The notes beneath the pieces are model-generated. The model had not been told where the DNA came from, did not search any database, and worked only from the letters and a program-made list of their open reading frames with translations. From a candidate division WOR-3 bacterium (GTDB taxonomy: Bacteria > Hydrothermota > UBA3072 > B12-G15): a stretch of 21,831 bases of DNA. How positions within the stretch are numbered: the first letter of the stretch is position 1; every line of letters starts with the position of its first letter. Below are positions 17,623-21,831 of this stretch, piece by piece. The position numbers and the translations under genes are program-made. The stretch spans positions 1 to 21,831 of the forward strand of contig CBFGJG010000034.1 in assembly GCA_965649055.1 (NCBI GenBank), written 5' to 3'.

Positions 17623-17854
17623 CTAAAACTTTAATCACTGGTTTTATATTACTCCCGAACTCCTTTGCTGTTTTTCAATATGACCTGTATTCATAATAAT
17701 AAATCAAATTCTTATTGTATATAATTTGCTATCGCTTCATAAGTCGTCTCCCACTTCTTATTTTAGAGTTATTTAACTTAAAAAATTATTTTTTGCAAGT
17801 TCATAACCCCTATCTTCACTATCAAAACTTTCCACCATGTGCATGAACTTTTCC
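17567..17854 (-). mobile_element. Internally deleted IS481-like insertion-sequence remnant, copy 1
   Basis: Imperfect terminal inverted repeats 17567-17591 and 17830-17854 (18/25); minus-strand fragment KNLIYYYEYRSY*KTAKEFGSNIKPVIK (about 17713-17630) resembles a transposase HTH; both ends shared with copy 2. Confidence 0.7.
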
Positions 17855-17933
17855 ATTAAATTTATCGTTTAGATCTTGACAAATTTTTATTTTTTATTAT
17901 AAATAAATTATGATTATAAGTTTTATCATATAC
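17774..17933. repeat. Direct repeat block B, copy 1 (copy 2 at 21672-21831, running to the window end)
   Basis: 156/160 identical by manual alignment; includes the IS right end plus about 80 bp of promoter region outside it. Confidence 0.97.
17876..17903 (+). promoter_or_regulatory. Sigma70-like promoter upstream of the secreted-protein cassette
   Basis: TTGACA (17876-17881), 16 nt, TATAAA (17898-17903); duplicated at 21774-21801. Confidence 0.6.
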
Positions 17934-18043
17934 AAATTTAAACTCTCTCTTTCTCTCTCTCGTTAAATACTGTCTTTTTAAGATAAGCAATAATCATTGT
18001 AAGATATTCAGATTATTCAGGAGGTTTAAATTTATTCAGGATA

Positions 18044-18072
18044 CCCTTTGCATCATAAGTGGGTGCAAAGGG
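18044..18072. other. 11-bp stem-loop in the cassette 5' leader
   Basis: CCCTTTGCATC-ataagtg-GGTGCAAAGGG (one G-U pair); no immediate U-tract. Confidence 0.7.
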
Positions 18073-18120
18073 GAAAATATATTTTTAAAGTTCTAAAAAA
18101 TTTTCAAAACGGAGGTTAAA

Positions 18121-18648
18121 ATGTTTTTAATTATATTAAGTCTTTCAAGTTATAAATTAATGGATCCTTCTGGTGAAATAAAAATAGAAATTGTGAACGA
18201 GATTTCTGGTGTAAATGAATTTTATTTAAATCCGATAACAATTTATGATAGATTGGTTATAAATGAGATAAGAAATGAAGGGAATTTTTTCATTTTTGAA
18301 TATTTTTTTAAAGAAGAAGGAGAGGATATAATAGAGTTTCAGGTATTAAACAAGGATCATGAATTGATAGGTAACAAAATGATAGAGATGATTTACAATA
18401 AGGAAAAAAGAGAAAATAAACTTAATGTAATAGTAGAAATGGATAAGATGATAATTCAATTTGATGGTGAATTATCAATAGATATTTTTGATATAACAGG
18501 TAGAAAGATTAGAAGACTAAAAGAGATTATAAAAGGAGAGAAGGTGATTAGTCTTGGAGAAATAAGAAATGGTATATATTTTTATCAGATAAAATGGAAT
18601 AAGCAGGTTAAGAAAGGAAAAATTTTAATTCTTGGGGGTGAAAAATGA
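18121..18648 (+). CDS. Small secreted protein with T9SS type-A sorting (CTD)/FlgD-Ig-like C-terminal domain
   Basis: SD GGAGGT; short hydrophobic leader; C-terminus SIDIFDITGRKIRRL...LGEIRNGIYFYQIKW...KKGKILIL fits the YDxxG...GxY...KxxxK-type CTD pattern. Confidence 0.8.
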   Translation: MFLIILSLSSYKLMDPSGEIKIEIVNEISGVNEFYLNPITIYDRLVINEIRNEGNFFIFEYFFKEEGEDIIEFQVLNKDHELIGNKMIEMIYNKEKRENKLNVIVEMDKMIIQFDGELSIDIFDITGRKIRRLKEIIKGEKVISLGEIRNGIYFYQIKWNKQVKKGKILILGGEK

Positions 18649-20360
18649 TTTCTATCTTATTTCTGTTTTCACAGATAGAAGAGAAGATAATAATAAAAGA
18701 AAAATATACAAAACCTTTTTTAGAAACAATAGAAGAATGGAGTAATAGTAAGGCATTTTATATCTCAAATCCACATTTTGAGCCATCAAATGCGATAGAA
18801 GTTACAGATACATTTTTTATTCAATATTTTATAGATGCATATAATTCAGAAGTAGGTGATACTATATTCTGGGATGTGTATTTTCCTGATTTTAATGAGC
18901 AGACTGGTGAACCAACAGGAGAGTATAAGAGATATGCGAGATGCTGGTATACATTTGTTTTATATGATAGTTATTATGGTAGAGGATTATGGGCATGGGG
19001 AGGGAGGAGTGATTATACTTCTGATATAGATTATGGCACAAAATACTTCTATGGTTCATATGATAAGGTAAATGATATAAGAGGAGGATGGGGACCAAGA
19101 CCAAAATTAAGCAAGGTGAATAAATTTGTATTTCCAGGTTTTTATCCTGGGGATTGGTATACAGAATTGATAAGGAAGCCATTTAATGGTTCTGAGTATT
19201 TTTTAACAAGGGGTGATTTTCAGATTATTGACAATTTTACAGAGATAGATATAATAACACCAACAGATGGAGATAGTGTATTTGGGGAAGATGAGATAAA
19301 ATTTAAGGTATGGGAGAATAGTTTTGGGAATGTTGAGATAAAGATAGAGGATATGAGTAATGGGAATATAATATATTCAAATAATTTTAAGGTATTGAAG
19401 ATGGAAGAAGAAAAGGAGTATTCCTTCATATACGATTTTGGATTTGAATATGGGAAAGGATACAGGATAACTGCAAAGATACAGGATAGATTTGGGAATG
19501 AGAAAGAAGATTCAGTAAAGGTTTATGTTGGTGGCGGTAAGATAACAATAACATTAAACCCGAATGAAATACAACCATATTATAGAGATGTTATACCTAT
19601 TAACAATAGTAGGACAGAGGTTATAGTTAGTGTAAAGAATAAGAGAGGAAGGGCTATAAAGGATTTTCCAATAAGGTTATTCAGTAAGAGGGTATTAGGT
19701 AGTGGTGGACATAATCATGATGATAATCCTGATGCAGAGAATAGACCAATAGGGATGTTCGAGAGGACAACTGGTATAACTGATGATAATGGTGAATTCA
19801 GGACGAATTACAGGGCATCTGAATTTGGTGGTGAAGATAGCATATATGCTGTTATGAATATAGAAAATCCTAATGATACAGGGAAGATAAAATTAACAAT
19901 TCGTGTTCCAAATCTTGTTTTATTTCCTGATGGGATATACTGGTTAAAGATAGGAGGGACATGTGAACATCATGGACCACCAACACCATGGGATTCTTGT
20001 GATGTTGAATGTCAAACACCAGATAACAATCACTGGATAGATGAGAATATAGAAGGGAATTTAATAGGGGTTGCATATGATTATTATACAGAGATGGACA
20101 ATGTGAGATTATGTATAAATGATATATCATTACCGAATGGAGGAGGATTTGATATAAATGGGCGCTGGAATGATGATTTAATTTCTAGTCTTCATTCATC
20201 ACACAGACTTGGAAGGAATATTGATATATCATTTAATGTTGCTGATGGAAATGGAAATGTTGTAGGAGTGGTGAATAGACAGATATTGAAAGACCTGGTA
20301 AGAAATTATCGTGGTAATTTTGCCATTCATAGGGGTAATCATTACCATATAACATTTTAG
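18645..20360 (+). CDS. Secreted protein with Ig-like domains and C-terminal LAS-type (MepA/hedgehog/DD-peptidase-like) zinc peptidase domain
   Basis: ATGA-coupled to the upstream gene; Ig-like segments (IITPTDGDSVFGE...ITAKIQDRFGN; GITDDNGEFRTNYRASEFGG); INDISLPNGGGF, HSSHRLGRNID (H520-x6-D527) and terminal HYH (H566/H568). Confidence 0.8.
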   Translation: MISILFLFSQIEEKIIIKEKYTKPFLETIEEWSNSKAFYISNPHFEPSNAIEVTDTFFIQYFIDAYNSEVGDTIFWDVYFPDFNEQTGEPTGEYKRYARCWYTFVLYDSYYGRGLWAWGGRSDYTSDIDYGTKYFYGSYDKVNDIRGGWGPRPKLSKVNKFVFPGFYPGDWYTELIRKPFNGSEYFLTRGDFQIIDNFTEIDIITPTDGDSVFGEDEIKFKVWENSFGNVEIKIEDMSNGNIIYSNNFKVLKMEEEKEYSFIYDFGFEYGKGYRITAKIQDRFGNEKEDSVKVYVGGGKITITLNPNEIQPYYRDVIPINNSRTEVIVSVKNKRGRAIKDFPIRLFSKRVLGSGGHNHDDNPDAENRPIGMFERTTGITDDNGEFRTNYRASEFGGEDSIYAVMNIENPNDTGKIKLTIRVPNLVLFPDGIYWLKIGGTCEHHGPPTPWDSCDVECQTPDNNHWIDENIEGNLIGVAYDYYTEMDNVRLCINDISLPNGGGFDINGRWNDDLISSLHSSHRLGRNIDISFNVADGNGNVVGVVNRQILKDLVRNYRGNFAIHRGNHYHITF

Positions 20361-20368
20361 GAGGTAAA

Positions 20369-21208
20369 ATGATAAGTATAATCTTAATGATATTGGGTGA
20401 ATTGCCACCGGGAACAATAGTGATCCCTGGAAACAAATTTGATACAGAGATAGATATCAACATTGAAGTAATTCAAGATACATTCTTTTATCAGTATACA
20501 GTAAAAAACCTCTCAACAAGTGAACAAAAATTGTGGCTTATACAAGCTATACTTCCGAAATCTGAGGATACAGTATATATACCGGAGAAAGGGTCTAATA
20601 ATTCGCACTGGAAAGTTAGGTTTCTTAAAGGTAAAGGACATTTTGGAGCCCTTTATTGCACCACCGTTGATTCTTTACAGGATATCTTTCCCAATGATTC
20701 TATCATAATCTGGTATAAAGTTTATGGTTCCTTGCTTCCTGATGTATCAGATTTATATATAGAGGGAGATGCACCTCCTCCTACATTTCCGGATGAACCA
20801 CCTGAGAACTGGGAAGAAGTATATGGTATAAAATATTATTCATTAACCCCATATGGACCTGGTAAGGTATATAAGATAGCAGGACCTGGTGCATATCCAC
20901 CTGGTTATTGGTATTATGATTCTTATTATGTTACATCTGAAGGTTTCTCTCATCTCATAGATAGGGTAAATAAGTGTTATGAATTAGGTTGGATAAATAG
21001 GGTTCAGGTGAGGAATCATTTAAATAACTTATTAGAAAGGGCTAAGAAGGATTATGAAGCAGGAAGGTTCAGACAGATGAGACAGGTTCTCGACCAGGCA
21101 ATAGAGTATATACAGGGAAAGAGAGGTAGTTCAATAAATGATAATGCATTTTATATTCTTTATTATAGAACAATATTTGTTAAAGAACATTTAGAATACC
21201 CTGGATGA
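20369..21208 (+). CDS. Secreted hypothetical protein with C-terminal FIMAH-like helical bundle
   Basis: SD GGAGGT; short hydrophobic leader; beta-rich N-domain (FFYQYTVKN); helical C-terminus YELGWIN...LNNLLERAKK...LDQAIEYIQGKRGSSINDNAFYIL. Confidence 0.75.
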   Translation: MISIILMILGELPPGTIVIPGNKFDTEIDINIEVIQDTFFYQYTVKNLSTSEQKLWLIQAILPKSEDTVYIPEKGSNNSHWKVRFLKGKGHFGALYCTTVDSLQDIFPNDSIIIWYKVYGSLLPDVSDLYIEGDAPPPTFPDEPPENWEEVYGIKYYSLTPYGPGKVYKIAGPGAYPPGYWYYDSYYVTSEGFSHLIDRVNKCYELGWINRVQVRNHLNNLLERAKKDYEAGRFRQMRQVLDQAIEYIQGKRGSSINDNAFYILYYRTIFVKEHLEYPG

Positions 21209-21290
21209 AATAAAAAAGACAGGGTAATATAATTTTAAATTTAAAATAAAAATATTCATATATTTTCTCTGGTTATATTATAGAAACATC

Positions 21291-21702
21291 CGGGAAAATC
21301 AGGGACATGATGGAACAATTTATTATAGTAATTATTTAAATTTTGTATATTAAATATTCTTTGTATAAATTCTTCCTCATAAAATTAAAATACAGATGAT
21401 ATGTGGTTGCTTTATTTATGAAATCTTCTTTTGAATCTATCTTCTAATCTCATTGCTCAAAATCCACTTAATGCCACAATGTCTTTGACTTCTACTTCAT
21501 TTAATTTATCAGGTATTCTCTAAGGCTTTCTCTTTAAATCCATAAGTCCAGATGATCCTTTAAGCCTGTGTCTTTTTACCCATTTAACTACCCTCTTTAT
21601 ATTCACTTCAAATTCTTTTGCAGTCTTCCTATAAGACCTTTATCCATAATAATAGTCAACCATCTTTTTCCTAACTTAAAAAATTATTTTTTGCAATTTC
21701 AT
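21291..21702 (-). pseudogene. Degraded transposase: N-terminal HTH joined to a C-terminal fragment, catalytic core deleted
   Basis: Minus strand VRKKMVDYYYG*RSYRKTAKEFEVNIKRVVKWVKRHRLKGSSGLMDLKRKP*RIPDKL...GF*AMRL, then in another frame IDSKEDFINKATTYHLYFNFMRKNLYK, and terminal YNKLFHHVPDFP; several stops and frameshifts. Confidence 0.8.
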
Positions 21703-21752
21703 TACCCCTATCTTCACTATTAAAACTTTCCACCATGTGCATGAACTTTTCC
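21291..21752 (-). mobile_element. Internally deleted IS481-like insertion-sequence remnant, copy 2
   Basis: Same imperfect inverted ends (21291-21315 and 21728-21752); encloses a degraded transposase. Confidence 0.8.
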
Positions 21753-21773
21753 AATAAATTTATCGTTTAGATC

Positions 21774-21801
21774 TTGACAAATTTTTATTTTTTATTATAA
21801 A
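21774..21801 (+). promoter_or_regulatory. Second copy of the cassette promoter, pointing out of the window
   Basis: Identical to 17876-17903. Confidence 0.6.
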
Positions 21802-21831
21802 TAAATTATGATTATAAGTTTTATCATATAC

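Noticed and set aside
18040..18075. c-di-GMP-I riboswitch (GGGTGCAAAG resembles GGGACGCAAAG) or intrinsic terminator
   Set aside because: No GCAAA..GAAA tetraloop stem or second stem, and no U-tract directly after the hairpin on either strand
18892..20708. Short alternative-frame and antisense ORFs within the cassette
   Set aside because: Shadows of the purine-rich coding strand, with no SD or motifs
21671..21736. Small ORF MVESFNSEDRGNEIAKNNFLS* inside block B (minus strand)
   Set aside because: 21 codons within an IS end, no SD; its conservation is explained by the duplication
17567..21752. Active composite transposon
   Set aside because: Both transposases are destroyed, no target-site duplication is visible, and identity extends beyond the right ends
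1..21831. tRNA, rRNA, integron attC array, retron or DGR components
   Set aside because: No cloverleaf or rRNA-like sequence, integrase, reverse transcriptase or adenine-specific TR/VR pair seen

Overview
AT-rich bacterial window, probably from a diderm anaerobe of the FCB/WOR-3 type (inferred from the T9SS-like C-terminal domain, TolC and sigma54 signalling; taxonomy not verified). Left to right: (1) three 22-bp direct repeats; (2) two tandem, diverged MshEN-domain PilB/GspE ATPases; (3) a signalling cluster with a sigma54 NtrC/PilR-type activator, a receiver-HD-GYP c-di-GMP phosphodiesterase, a small exported protein, a PilS-like kinase and a single-domain receiver; (4) a tetR-tolC-adaptor-RND efflux operon with a clear TetR operator and an adaptor lacking the alpha-hairpin; (5) an orphan solute-binding-domain histidine kinase, a basic hypothetical protein and a clan GH-A-like lipoprotein; (6) a three-gene secreted cassette (T9SS-CTD protein, Ig-like/LAS-type zinc peptidase, FIMAH-like partner) between two internally deleted IS481-like remnants. 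Each remnant ends in a 160-bp block (156/160 identical) carrying an outward-facing promoter, which suggests a tandem array of such cassettes continuing past the window. Several exported proteins, including TolC, have abnormally short, uncharged signal peptides.
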